Source: a virus
Taxonomy: Duplodnaviria; Heunggongvirae; Uroviricota; Caudoviricetes
Length of the DNA stretch: 46,733 nucleotides
Direction: 5' to 3' (one strand)
Virus record (IMG/VR): IMGVR_UViG_2721755711_000001
The notes under the pieces are model-generated. The model had not been told where the DNA came from, made no database searches, and saw nothing but the letters and a program-made list of their open reading frames with translations. The translations under genes and the position numbers were made by a program. The first letter of the stretch is position 1. The number at the start of each line of letters is the position of its first letter. Positions 1 to 10,980 of this stretch are shown piece after piece.

Positions 1-273
1 ATGTTAATAAATAAAAAACATCCTGACATAAACTTGAAACTTTTATTATTAAGTATTGTTTATCTTATTGCTTGTTGTTGCGTGTTTTTTCTTATCGCCA
101 GTATCGTTATTGACGTAGTTTTTAATGATAAGGTAAATGTAACACGAGAAGTTATTATAGATATCATAGTTGTAAGTACGATAGCTGGTATTGCTGGGAG
201 CGAGGGAGCATGGATCTTTGCCAAGATAGATGAACGAAAGACTCGTAAATCGCAACCTTCTGATCCAGATTAA
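1..273 (+). CDS. Hypothetical small membrane protein; ORF begins at window edge and may be 5'-partial
   Basis: ORF track 1..273; hydrophobic, AT-rich; start at position 1 may be an artefact of the window boundary. Confidence 0.25.
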   Translation: MLINKKHPDINLKLLLLSIVYLIACCCVFFLIASIVIDVVFNDKVNVTREVIIDIIVVSTIAGIAGSEGAWIFAKIDERKTRKSQPSDPD

Positions 274-279
274 ACCTTT

Positions 280-519
280 ATGAATGCTTTACAGAGAGTG
301 GCAGGTGGTGCTGCGCCGTATATTGCTGAAATAATCAAAAATCCCCCGGACTGTGCGGGAAGTGTGGTAGCTCATGCAGTGGTGAATGCCACGCTGGCGG
401 TGGTACAGGGAAATAACGCCCGTGCCAGTGCCGCAGGTGCTGCCACTGGAGACGTGGTGGGGATGATAGCCACAGAGATGTGCGAAATATCCCCTGGCAC
501 TGTTACATGTAAAAGATAA
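280..519 (+). CDS. Gly/Ala-rich protein fragment resembling the pre-toxin region of polymorphic toxins (CdiA/Rhs-type); truncated
   Basis: 79-aa ORF; composition and motifs (GAATGDVVG, AVVNATLAVVQG) recalled from CdiA-like proteins; short, no toxin domain; weak memory-based call. Confidence 0.25.
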   Translation: MNALQRVAGGAAPYIAEIIKNPPDCAGSVVAHAVVNATLAVVQGNNARASAAGAATGDVVGMIATEMCEISPGTVTCKR

Positions 520-1061
520 ATAACGAAGCTACATCCTTCTCTTTATGAACGGCTTTATATTAGTTTTGCTGACAAGATTGAGCTAAATCCGGCCAATGAA
601 GAAGAGCAGGTTATTCTTTAAATGTTTGATAACATGTAACACATTTTGAATATTCGGTCAGTAAGCCTTAAAATTTACCTGGTTATGGGCTAACTGATAT
701 AACAAAGTAAATATTCGATGGGGAATGCCGGGTGCAATGAACAATGCATTAACGTATCGAAATAATGATGCAGGAGCAAACTCAGTCTGGTGAGTATACA
801 TTATGCCATTGATGCAGAGTTTAAAGGAACAGGGCTGGTTCGTTATGGAACAACATTTGTGCCTGAGGAAAGGGAGTGTAGTATCTGAGGCAACAGAAGT
901 TTGTGGGGAGTTCGGTTTATTACCATGCTTGGTTTTTTGTCAGTGTGTTCAAATCGTCAGGTGATCTATTTATAGTTTTTTGATGATGATTTCAAATAAT
1001 GTTTTGTGATGTGTGGTTCTTTTTGATTTTCAGAAATCATTTATTAATGAAGGAGGGTTAA

Positions 1062-1637
1062 ATGAAAAAACTCGTTATAATTTCAGTAATGATATTATCT
1101 GTTATGAGTGGTTCAACACTGGCTGATAATCATACGCTATCGGCTGGTTATGCTCAGAGTAAGGTACAGGACTTTAAGAATATTAAAGGAGTGAATCTGC
1201 AATATCGATATGAGTGGGATTCTCCGGTCAGTGTTGTCGGGAGTTTTTCGTATATGAAAGGTGACTGGGCGGACAGTCATCGCGATGAAGCTGACGATTT
1301 TTACAGACAGCAGGCTGATATTAAATATTATTCATTTCTCGCAGGCCCGGCTTATCGTCTGAATGACTATATCAGTTTTTATGGTTTGGTGGGGATATCT
1401 CATACTAAAGCGAAGGGGGATTATGAGTGGAGAAACAGTGTGGGTGCTGATGAGTCTGATGGATATTTAAGTGAGTCTGTATCCAAAAAATCCACTGATT
1501 TTGCTTATGCAGCTGGTGTTATTATTAATCCGTGGGGCAATATGTCTGTAAATGTTGGGTATGAGGGAACTAAAGCAGATATATATGGAAAACATTCGGT
1601 CAATGGATTTACTGTTGGAGTTGGTTATCGTTTTTAA
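1062..1637 (+). CDS. Ail/Lom/PagC/OmpX-family outer-membrane beta-barrel protein
   Basis: Signal peptide MKKLVIISVMILSVMSGSTLA; alternating aromatic beta-strands; C-terminal GVGYRF typical of this family; GGAG-like RBS upstream. Confidence 0.8.
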   Translation: MKKLVIISVMILSVMSGSTLADNHTLSAGYAQSKVQDFKNIKGVNLQYRYEWDSPVSVVGSFSYMKGDWADSHRDEADDFYRQQADIKYYSFLAGPAYRLNDYISFYGLVGISHTKAKGDYEWRNSVGADESDGYLSESVSKKSTDFAYAAGVIINPWGNMSVNVGYEGTKADIYGKHSVNGFTVGVGYRF

Positions 1638-1733
1638 TCATTAGACGGGACTGGATAATTGCACTTGCGTAGTGAAGTTTACTGAATGTTTGTATTTTAA
1701 TGAAGTATTCGACATATTCCCTTCAGACGGAAT

Positions 1734-2959
<1,226 letters not shown>

Positions 2960-3115
2960 ACAAAATTTACGGTTTTGGTCTTGTGGTTAACTTAAAATCG
3001 TAAGTCTTTTCATTAACCATGTAGGTTTCATCAGGGGAATTCGTGTGAATAACAATTGCTCAGAAACTTATGCAAAAAGTGAACATCCGGTTCAGACTAC
3101 AGAGAGATTATATAG

Positions 3116-5149
3116 ATGCGTATAAAAATTTTATCCATAATGGTCAGTTTATCAGTTCTGTCCTTTGTGCCTTACTTATTAGCGAAAGAGTTATCTTACG
3201 GTCAGCAAAAAATTGTGTTGTCTGATTCTATTACTCCTGGTAATGATTTTTTCCAATATGTGAACCATGACTGGATCAATAAAGTAAAGATTCCAGCAGG
3301 TATGTCTCAAATTGATTCTATCGTGGATTTAGAGTTAGACACTGAAAAGAAAATTAAAACCATTATTGAAGAACTGGAGGCGGTACCCAAAAGTAGCCTG
3401 AGTAATAATCAGAAAAATATTCTGAATTTATATTTCAGTTATATGGATGAGGCCAGTATTGAAAAGGCCGGTTTAATGCCTGTGAAAACAGATTTAATAA
3501 AAATCATGCAAGCAAAAGATCATGAAGATATTAGCCGATTAATGACATTGCCCGGTTATACATCACTAATTGCTTATTGGGTTGGTTTGGATTCAAAATC
3601 ACCGGATACTTATGTTCTGTATCTTGGCCAGGGTGAACTCGGATTACCTGATCGTAATTACTATCTTGATAATACACCACAAATGAGAGAAACCCGTAAA
3701 AATTATATCAGTTATATTGAAACTATTCTGAAATTAACAGGTGAAAAAGACGTTAAAAAAAGATCACAACAGATCTTTGACTTTGAAAAATCTATTGCTG
3801 AAGTCCAGTGGAGCCTTGAAAATTGCCGGGATACCATCAGAAACTACCACCCAATGACTCTCGCGGAAATGAAAAGTTTTACCTCTGGCTTTTCGTGGAA
3901 TAGCTTTATTCAGTACTGGGGATTAACCGACCAACAATTGGCTAAAATAGTGATTGAAAATGATACTGCTGTAGAACAAACGGTACAAATATTCGTTAAA
4001 ACATCTGTTTCTGTTTTAAAAGATTTTCTGATATTTCATTACATCAATAGCCATGCTGTTTATTTGAATAATGCACTATCTGATGCTTATTTTGATTTTT
4101 ACCAGAAAAAACTGAATGGTGTTGAGAAGCAACGTACTCGTCAGGAGCGAGCACTTCAGATTGTCAATTCACTACAGGGTGAACCACTTGGGCAGATCTA
4201 TGTAGAAAAATATTTCTATCCACAATCAAAAGAGAAAATACAGAAATTAATTAGTTATATGTTCGCAGCTTTTAATACGCGTTTGAAAGATAATGACTGG
4301 ATGGATGAAGCTACACGCAAGGAAGCACAGAAGAAACTGGCACAGTTTACAGTTAAAGTCGGTTATCCAGATAAGTGGAATGATTTCAGTACGATCAATT
4401 TGAAACCTGACACATTGATGGATAACTTTAAGCAAGTGGAAGCGTGGACTTGTCGCAACCTCATGAGCAAAATAGGTCAGTCTGTTCGTAAATGGGAATG
4501 GAACATAACGCCACAGACCGTGAATGCCTACTTCGATCCTGTGTTAAATGAAATTGTGTTTCCTGCTGCGATATTACAGGCACCATTCTTCGAGCCTAAT
4601 GTTGATCCTGCATATAACTATGGTGCGATTGGCTCAGTCATTGGTCATGAAATGGGGCATGGTTTTGATGACCAGGGGAGCCTGTATGATGGAACTGGCC
4701 GGTTACGCAACTGGTGGAGTAACAATGCTAAAGAGCATTTTAAAGAAAAAACCGCCAAATTGGTGGAGCAATATAACAACTTTGAGGTCGATGGTCAGAA
4801 CTTAAATGGCGAGTTAACACTCGGTGAAAATATTGGTGATTTAGGTGGTTTAAATATCGCACTTAGTGCCTATAAACGATTCGCCAAAGATAATTACCCG
4901 AATGGTGAGCCCCCCGTTATTGATGGCATGACAGGCTTACAGCGTTTCTTTATTTCATGGGCCAGAACGTGGCAAGAGTTATCAAATAAGGAATCCGTGC
5001 GTAATCAGATCCTGACTGATGAACACTCGCCGAATCAGTTCCGCGCTAATGGGGTTGTTCGAAATATTGATGACTGGTATACAGCTTTTGGCGTGAGTAA
5101 GGGTAATGCTCTTTATCTTGAGCCAGAGAATCGGGTGATGATTTGGTGA
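3116..5149 (+). CDS. Secreted M13-family zinc metallopeptidase (neprilysin/PepO-like)
   Basis: 677 aa; N-terminal signal peptide; HEMGHGFD (HExxH) zinc motif and GENIGDLGG motif typical of M13; gene visibly AT-rich. Confidence 0.85.
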   Translation: MRIKILSIMVSLSVLSFVPYLLAKELSYGQQKIVLSDSITPGNDFFQYVNHDWINKVKIPAGMSQIDSIVDLELDTEKKIKTIIEELEAVPKSSLSNNQKNILNLYFSYMDEASIEKAGLMPVKTDLIKIMQAKDHEDISRLMTLPGYTSLIAYWVGLDSKSPDTYVLYLGQGELGLPDRNYYLDNTPQMRETRKNYISYIETILKLTGEKDVKKRSQQIFDFEKSIAEVQWSLENCRDTIRNYHPMTLAEMKSFTSGFSWNSFIQYWGLTDQQLAKIVIENDTAVEQTVQIFVKTSVSVLKDFLIFHYINSHAVYLNNALSDAYFDFYQKKLNGVEKQRTRQERALQIVNSLQGEPLGQIYVEKYFYPQSKEKIQKLISYMFAAFNTRLKDNDWMDEATRKEAQKKLAQFTVKVGYPDKWNDFSTINLKPDTLMDNFKQVEAWTCRNLMSKIGQSVRKWEWNITPQTVNAYFDPVLNEIVFPAAILQAPFFEPNVDPAYNYGAIGSVIGHEMGHGFDDQGSLYDGTGRLRNWWSNNAKEHFKEKTAKLVEQYNNFEVDGQNLNGELTLGENIGDLGGLNIALSAYKRFAKDNYPNGEPPVIDGMTGLQRFFISWARTWQELSNKESVRNQILTDEHSPNQFRANGVVRNIDDWYTAFGVSKGNALYLEPENRVMIW

Positions 5150-5374
5150 CTCGTCTGGTGACCGCTTTGACGGTCACTTTTAAGAAAAGGAATTTACAGG
5201 AGGGGCCCCTGTTAAGTTGTCAAGCATGTTTATGCCCGCTATGAGCTGAGGAATCTCCAGAAAACGAGACAGGCATAGCGCTATATGAACTACTGAATTT
5301 GTGCCAACAATTCAATGAGATCACTGCTATGTCTGTTCAAAAAGAGCCTGTATTCCGCTCTATTTGTTCACGGT

Positions 5375-5486
5375 AATACGCACGAACTGCCCGTCGACGG
5401 ACTTCGGGGGAAAAACGTGTATTTTTAGTCATCCTGTTTACCTCTTTTTCAGGGAGTTTAGTCTCCAGGATTTTCGGGGCGGTTCA
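5375..5486 (-). mobile_element. IS3-family (IS629/IS1203-like) left-end remnant: terminal repeat plus first ~20 codons of orfA, then truncated
   Basis: Minus strand reads TGAACCGCCCC...AGGTAAACAGGATGACTAAAAATACACGTTTTTCCCCCGAAGTCCGTC; encodes MTKNTRFSPEVR then diverges. Confidence 0.6.
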
Positions 5487-6241
5487 CTGGGCACCAGACC
5501 AACATAAGCCGCGAACTCTCGCCCTGATTTAAACACTGATGCTTTCCCCATGATGGCCAACGCTGCCGTTGCAATAAGTGGACCAACGCCAGGAATATCC
5601 AGCAACCGTCTACAGGTTTCATTCTGTCTCGCCACACTGGTAAGCTGTTTTTCTATATCATCTATCAGTGAGTCCAGTTCATTCAGCCTGTTGTACTGAT
5701 TTTCCAGCACTGTAATGAGATACAGTGGCAGTCTCTCTTTCATCCGCTCCAGTGCTTCAGGGAACTCCCGTTCCATCGCTGCCCGACCTTTGTGGATGGT
5801 TTCACCAAACTCCAGTAACGTCCCGTGCAGGGCATTAATTTGCGCGGTCCGGAACTTCACCAGTTGTCTGCGGGAACGGTGCAGAACCAGTATTGACTGT
5901 TGTTCTTCTGTTTTGACGGCGATTTCTTTACCTGGCTGCTGTACCGCCATCCAGATAGCTCGCGCATCCATCACGTCATTCTTATTGCCCATGACGAATG
6001 CTTTAACGAAGCGAGCCTGCAACAACCGGACTTTGTGTCCCTGCTTTGTTAATTCACGCGCCCAGTGCTGGGAGCCTCCACAAGCTTCCATGCCAATCAG
6101 GCAGGGTTCGCGGTTACTGAAATACGCCAGAAAATCCTGACGACGAACCTGCTTATCCACCACTTCCCCTGTGTGCTCATTGATGAAGTGAACCTGAATG
6201 ACATGTTTTGCGATATCAACGCCAACCGGTGTATATTTCAT
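5487..6241 (-). pseudogene. IS110-family transposase, 3'-truncated by the IS3-family insertion
   Basis: N-terminal DEDD-type domain and central IPGVGPLIATAALAIMG...AYVGLVP motif; reading frame runs into the IS3-family terminal repeat directly after GLVP, so the C-terminal catalytic region is missing. Confidence 0.75.
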
Positions 6242-6410
6242 TTGTGGAGTCTCCAGTCTGAGGGAGCTTTATGCATCCCGTATTGGGCACTATGATGCCG
6301 GAAATCTGCGAGGCTCCACACTTTTCCTGCCAACCCCGGCTTCATACTCAAATAGTTGGGATGCGTTCATTACATTCTCCCTTAGCCCGGCGGCCTGCCG
6401 GGCATATAAG

Positions 6411-7238
6411 TTATTTAATCTGGATAAATGGTGTATTGGCACCACTGGTCATGTATTGCGGCAGTGTACCGTTCCACTTGTTGATGGCTTCCAGCTCCAT
6501 GACGCCTGGGTTCTGGCGCAGAGCTTCGCCGCGTAAACGAATGGCATCGGCTTCTGCCTGGGCTTTTGTTCGAATGGCATCAGCCTGTCCGGCAGCTTCC
6601 GCACGTAGCATGTTGGCCTCCGCTTCACGTTGCTTGACTTCCTGTTCGCGCTGCAGGGTTTTCTGGTTTGCCGTGACTTTGGCGTTAATGCTGTCGATAA
6701 CGGTTGGAGGGTATTCCGGTTTACCTACATAAGAGAGGCTCATTACCTGAATGCCGATGGGTGTCATCTCTTCCTGAATGTCTTTAAGTGCGGCATCCAG
6801 TAGTTCAGACTTGCCGCCGTCGATAAATTTGTCAGTGGTCATTTTGCTGGCCAGCCGATTGAGTGCGTCGGCAATTTTCTGGCGCAGGTCAGTGTCGGTA
6901 ATGTCATCCACGCCTTTGCGGTAGGTCTGAAACACCGTGGTAACTTTGGATGGATCAACTTTGTAGGCCACACCGATGTGATAGCCGATGGTTGTACCGT
7001 CACTCATCTGGAAACTGAACGGTTCATCGTAGGTCTTCATTTGTTTGAAGGTGGGGAAGATATAAACTTCAGTATTCCAGCCAGTCCAGTAGCGACCAAC
7101 ACCGACCACCTCACCGACGCCTTTGTCGTCGCCCAGTTTATTTACCTTGATGCCAACATTACCTGGTTCAACGCGATCGCAACCGACAAGGCCAATTGTC
7201 GGCAGAACAATGGCTAAAGCAAAAATAATTTTTTTCAT
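6411..7238 (-). CDS. SPFH/band-7 (prohibitin/stomatin-like) lipoprotein with coiled-coil C-terminus
   Basis: Lipobox LVGC after signal peptide; SPFH-like core; Ala/Glu/Gln-rich C-terminal coiled coil. Confidence 0.75.
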   Translation of the reverse strand: MKKIIFALAIVLPTIGLVGCDRVEPGNVGIKVNKLGDDKGVGEVVGVGRYWTGWNTEVYIFPTFKQMKTYDEPFSFQMSDGTTIGYHIGVAYKVDPSKVTTVFQTYRKGVDDITDTDLRQKIADALNRLASKMTTDKFIDGGKSELLDAALKDIQEEMTPIGIQVMSLSYVGKPEYPPTVIDSINAKVTANQKTLQREQEVKQREAEANMLRAEAAGQADAIRTKAQAEADAIRLRGEALRQNPGVMELEAINKWNGTLPQYMTSGANTPFIQIK

Positions 7239-7423
7239 CTTTTATCCTTAGTGAAAGAAAGACCCTTGTAAATGGCATAAATGCAGGGCGGGGTCAGAAA
7301 CGCCAGTGCAAAGCCGGAAATGACTGCTACCGTATCCTTCATGGATATAAGGAACGGGACGAGTAGTCCGTAAATGCATGCGATAATTGCCAGTAAAATT
7401 ACTATTCTGAAATACAATCTCAT
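7235..7423 (-). CDS. Small two-helix membrane protein, overlaps SPFH gene start by 4 bp
   Basis: 62 aa, two hydrophobic segments; stop overlaps downstream start (ATGA). Confidence 0.45.
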   Translation of the reverse strand: MRLYFRIVILLAIIACIYGLLVPFLISMKDTVAVISGFALAFLTPPCIYAIYKGLSFTKDKR

Positions 7424-7600
7424 TGGTTTGTTGCATCCCGATATTTTTAACTGACTGACAGCGCAATAAAGAGAATAATGATTTCTGTTAGTGTCAGTAC
7501 TGTGGCAAGGATTAAAAACAGTTTTACTCTGCTTAATTCACGGTTGCTTTTCATATAAACGGTTAGTAAAAAAACGGAAGAATTATATTCTTCTTAATAT

Positions 7601-8182
7601 TTAATGTGTCACTGGCGCTTCTGGCATACCATGAGTATTCAGATCGTGAATCATTTCATCCAGAAGGAGTTCAAGCCCTTCGCGCCCCATAGCAGAGACA
7701 ATGAAACCATTATCAGGATCTGCGATGAGCATTTTTTGATAGAGAAACAGAACTCGCCCCATGCCTTCAGCTTCACCATATTTTTCAATAAATCCCCATT
7801 CGACATGGTTTTGCAGGGCAATGCGAAGTGGTCCTGGGTATATACTCATGCAACCATGCTTCCCCTTATAAATAACTGCGCGATCTGTAGTTCCGTTATC
7901 GTTAGGGATATCAATGGTACCGTTCTTGTTTTCCTCTTCACTGATAAACGTTGCCACATACAGCCAGCGCCATTGAGCAACCTTCATATCGACTGAAAAT
8001 CTTCCCAGGAATCCGGCATCATCGGCTTCAGCAATACATTGCATGATTCTTAAGCCGTGCCAGTATGGATTGTCGTATTCACCATCATTAAGCCGCTGTA
8101 CGGCCTCAACATAATCAATGGTTGTATTGCCAATTTTTATGCCATGTGGCGTAACTTCTGGTCGGAACTCTGAATGATTCAT
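7601..8182 (-). CDS. Hypothetical protein, unknown function
   Basis: ORF 7601..8239; preferred start is the ATG of MNHSEF at 8182, preceded by GGAG; no recognisable motif. Confidence 0.5.
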   Translation of the reverse strand: MNHSEFRPEVTPHGIKIGNTTIDYVEAVQRLNDGEYDNPYWHGLRIMQCIAEADDAGFLGRFSVDMKVAQWRWLYVATFISEEENKNGTIDIPNDNGTTDRAVIYKGKHGCMSIYPGPLRIALQNHVEWGFIEKYGEAEGMGRVLFLYQKMLIADPDNGFIVSAMGREGLELLLDEMIHDLNTHGMPEAPVTH

Positions 8183-8566
8183 AATGTTTGCTCCTTTGCT
8201 GGTGGAATAATCGTGTAGCCAGCTCTTTTTGCCATCCACAGAAATGTATCCATGCAGCCAACGAATTCATTATCCAACAGATGTTTTGAGTAAATTACTT
8301 CACCATTTTCAATGGTTAGCAACACTCTTACTTTTTATGTGTTATGTTCTGTTGTTTTTCTTTCATTTATTTATCTCCCATATGCTTTGCGCAAATACAG
8401 GTTGGCTATATGAAGATAAGAATCTCCATGTTGTGCAATGAGGCAGGCAGTTTTATACGATGCCTTATTTTTCAGGAAAGTCATAACATAATCTCCTGCG
8501 AATAAAGGTTGCAACAATCCCCGGCGATAAAACCGTAATATATTATTCGAAGATGACTTGTTTTAT

Positions 8567-8932
8567 TTAACTGGATAGTTCTTTTTCAGCTGCTGCTTCA
8601 GCATAGCAACGTGCAAATTCAAGAACTTCATCACCTGTTCTTTTTATTGCGTCATTGTCTGACATTTGTAATACGACAACTGCGCATAATAAATCATGGA
8701 TATTGTTTGCAAAGGAATCCGGTGCCAGACAGAGACCCTCATAATTATTTCGTTGTAAGTTAGCTTCCGTCATTGGCTCCGAAGTGCCGGTGAGCCGGTT
8801 TTTGACAATCACGCGGTCTCGAATCACTATATCGGCAACATCTATTGCTTTTATAACCCCCGGGAGAAATTCCTGGTTTGTATAATCAAACTCATCAACA
8901 CAGAGAACGGTTATGTTTTCGAACTTTTTCAT
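8567..8932 (-). CDS. Hypothetical protein, second gene of a coupled two-gene operon downstream of cI
   Basis: ATG at 8932 overlaps the stop of the upstream gene (ATGA); track start 8938 is an alternative TTG; no recognised domain. Confidence 0.5.
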   Translation of the reverse strand: MKKFENITVLCVDEFDYTNQEFLPGVIKAIDVADIVIRDRVIVKNRLTGTSEPMTEANLQRNNYEGLCLAPDSFANNIHDLLCAVVVLQMSDNDAIKRTGDEVLEFARCYAEAAAEKELSS

Positions 8933-9390
8933 GCGCAAGTATCTCCAGCTGTTGGTTTACCGGTTAACAGCCACATCGGATCGCACCCAAGAACATTTGC
9001 CAGCGGGATAAGCATACTGATGGTTGGTTCATACTTTCCGCTTTCCCACTGGATGATGATTTCTTCATCGAGATCGAGCAGCCTGGCGAGTTCGGCGGTT
9101 GTTAAGCCGCAGGATTCGCGTTGGGTGCGAAGGTTAACCAGCCAGCTTTTAGGGAAGGATTGTTTTTGTTGTGCAGGAGAAGCCGCAGATAGAGCATATT
9201 CATGGATAAATTCCATTACCTCAATGCCCAGTTCCTTTGAGCGAGCACAATCCAGAAGATGGAATGTGCGTACAGCACTTAGCAAATTTGCAATATTTAA
9301 TGCAAAGGAATCAAGTTCTAAGCCCTTAAGCGTAACACAGCCGCAGTTGATAAAATTAGTTGTTTCTGGAGTTGCGTTTAGTGTCTTCAT
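8929..9390 (-). CDS. Two-domain protein: unknown N-terminal domain plus C-terminal XRE/Cro-type helix-turn-helix
   Basis: C-terminal LTTAELARLLDLDEEIIIQWESGKYEPTISMLIPLANVLGCDPMWLLTG is a classic XRE-type HTH. Confidence 0.6.
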   Translation of the reverse strand: MKTLNATPETTNFINCGCVTLKGLELDSFALNIANLLSAVRTFHLLDCARSKELGIEVMEFIHEYALSAASPAQQKQSFPKSWLVNLRTQRESCGLTTAELARLLDLDEEIIIQWESGKYEPTISMLIPLANVLGCDPMWLLTGKPTAGDTCA

Positions 9391-9437
9391 ATATCCACCA
9401 ACAATTTTAAATTGAACTAAATCAAGTTATAATTGAT

Positions 9438-9472
9438 GGTGCGATATTATGCTTTGAGAAATAGGCTGTCAA
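9438..9472 (-). promoter_or_regulatory. Sigma70-type promoter for the 9390->8567 operon
   Basis: Minus strand reads TTGACA - 17 bp - TAATAT, upstream of the 9390 start and downstream of the cI terminator. Confidence 0.45.
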
Positions 9473-9502
9473 GAAAAAATTGACATCGTGTGTTTTAGGC
9501 AG

Positions 9503-9528
9503 AAAAAAACGGGCAAAGCCCGTTAAAA
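9503..9528 (-). terminator. Intrinsic terminator after cI
   Basis: Minus strand AACGGGCTTTGCCCGTTTTTTT just 3' of the cI stop codon. Confidence 0.55.
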
Positions 9529-9535
9529 TCAAAGA

Positions 9536-10225
9536 CTAACCAAATCTGTTTATATTGAATGGTACTGATGAGATCACTTTAGACTGGATATAAAGCAGAG
9601 CTAACCCCTCTTTTTCGATGCTCCATGGTTGATAATTGGGGTTATCAGATAACACCATGATTTTGCTTCCAATTTTTTGAAGTCTTTTCACGTAGCATTC
9701 TCCATCAAAACAAAATGCATAAATGCCATCGCCATCAAAATAAGTTACTGTCTTATCAAGAAAAAGAAGGTCGCCAGGTGAGATTGTGGGAGCCATACTG
9801 TCTCCTCTGGCGTTGCCTATTTCTATATTTTTAAATGCTCGGTTTCCAACAAGACGACGGGCATATTCAGGATCAAGTTCTATTGAGCGTACTACATCTA
9901 TAAAGTCTCCGCGGACATGGGTCCCATTACCGCAACTAAATTCAACGTCAAGTACATTAAACACGACGCTATCTGTTCTTGCCTGATGTTTCTCTTGCGA
10001 AGAGAAGGTTGGTGAGGTGTCTTCACCTAAGAACCAGGATTGTGGATAACCGCTAATCTCTGATAACTGCGCAAGCTTATCGCTCCGTGGAAATGTTTTT
10101 CCTGTGGTCCAGTACTGCACTGATTGCGCACTCACCCCCAGCTTACGGGCCAGCTGAGCCTGAGTCCATCCTTTTGCTTTCAGCATTGCGGCTATTCTAT
10201 TTTCTGTGTTTTTGACGTTCTTCAT
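9536..10225 (-). CDS. cI: Phage CI-type repressor (N-terminal HTH, C-terminal S24 LexA-like peptidase)
   Basis: N-terminal HTH (GWTQAQLARKLGVSAQSVQYW); C-terminal GDSMAPTISPGDLLFLDK S24 motif; divergent from cro-like gene. Confidence 0.85.
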   Translation of the reverse strand: MKNVKNTENRIAAMLKAKGWTQAQLARKLGVSAQSVQYWTTGKTFPRSDKLAQLSEISGYPQSWFLGEDTSPTFSSQEKHQARTDSVVFNVLDVEFSCGNGTHVRGDFIDVVRSIELDPEYARRLVGNRAFKNIEIGNARGDSMAPTISPGDLLFLDKTVTYFDGDGIYAFCFDGECYVKRLQKIGSKIMVLSDNPNYQPWSIEKEGLALLYIQSKVISSVPFNINRFG

Positions 10226-10358
10226 GACCAGGTCCCGTGGGTTTCTTTACAAGGGTAAATCTTTACTTGATTTTAGTGTATTCGATCCTTTTGCAACTTG
10301 CATGTTAATTTAAACTTGATGTATTCTTGATTCATTAAGTTTATCTTGGTGATTTGTT
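10226..10358. promoter_or_regulatory. cI-cro divergent intergenic region (operator/promoter region)
   Basis: AT-rich, with repeated CTTTAC/ACTTGA motifs and inverted repeat TAAACTT...AAGTTTA between the divergent genes. Confidence 0.45.
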
Positions 10359-10631
10359 ATGAAAGGAAATGATTACGACGAACTTCGTGCATTAATTGCG
10401 CAAAATGCCATAGCGCGAAATCTTGGTGTGACACCGCAAGCGGTGAATCAGTGGTTTTCAAAAAGCACAATTCCTGCTCGTTTCGTTTTACGGGTATGTG
10501 AGGTGGTTGCATGGAAGGTTACGCCTCATGGCTTAAGGCCAGATCTTTACCCTCACCCTGAAGATGGAATTCCTGATTCGTTACGCAAAACATCAAATCC
10601 AAGCTTAGCGCACACGGGGGAGGGGAGGTAA
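10359..10631 (+). CDS. Cro-like DNA-binding protein (YdaS/DUF1019-type HTH)
   Basis: LGVTPQAVNQW HTH core; divergent from cI. Confidence 0.7.
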   Translation: MKGNDYDELRALIAQNAIARNLGVTPQAVNQWFSKSTIPARFVLRVCEVVAWKVTPHGLRPDLYPHPEDGIPDSLRKTSNPSLAHTGEGR

Positions 10632-10752
10632 GGAAGTATGAACGAAGAACGAATCGAATGCATTCTTGAGGCCATATCAGCCCTTACCGACGAAGAGATT
10701 CAGGAGGCAAGGACTGTTGCTGAAAAAACAGCCTTAGCTTTGGGTTTTTCGG

Positions 10753-10980
10753 TTAATCCTGGTTGATGGAGTTATCCAGAACGGCAGCGATGTATTCACA
10801 CATATCCTGTCCTCGCTCCCTCTGCTGTTGCGGCTGACTTTTCAGGTTTTTAATTAACTCCATTCCGGATGCTGCGAGCTTTATTCGCTCTTGGATGGGA
10901 AGGGACGACAGCAATAAACCAAGTAATGCCTCAAGGCCGTCTAGCTTGGTTTCAACGCTGAATTTAGTTGTATCAGTCAT
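10753..10980 (-). CDS. Hypothetical protein
   Basis: ORF only. Confidence 0.3.
   Translation of the reverse strand: MTDTTKFSVETKLDGLEALLGLLLSSLPIQERIKLAASGMELIKNLKSQPQQQRERGQDMCEYIAAVLDNSINQD

Noticed and set aside
5715-6732. Overlapping plus-strand ORFs (5715..6140, 6065..6295, 6198..6536, 6271..6732)
   Set aside because: They are antisense to the IS110-family transposase and the SPFH gene, or span their intergenic region, and are Cys/Ser/Ala-rich with no support.
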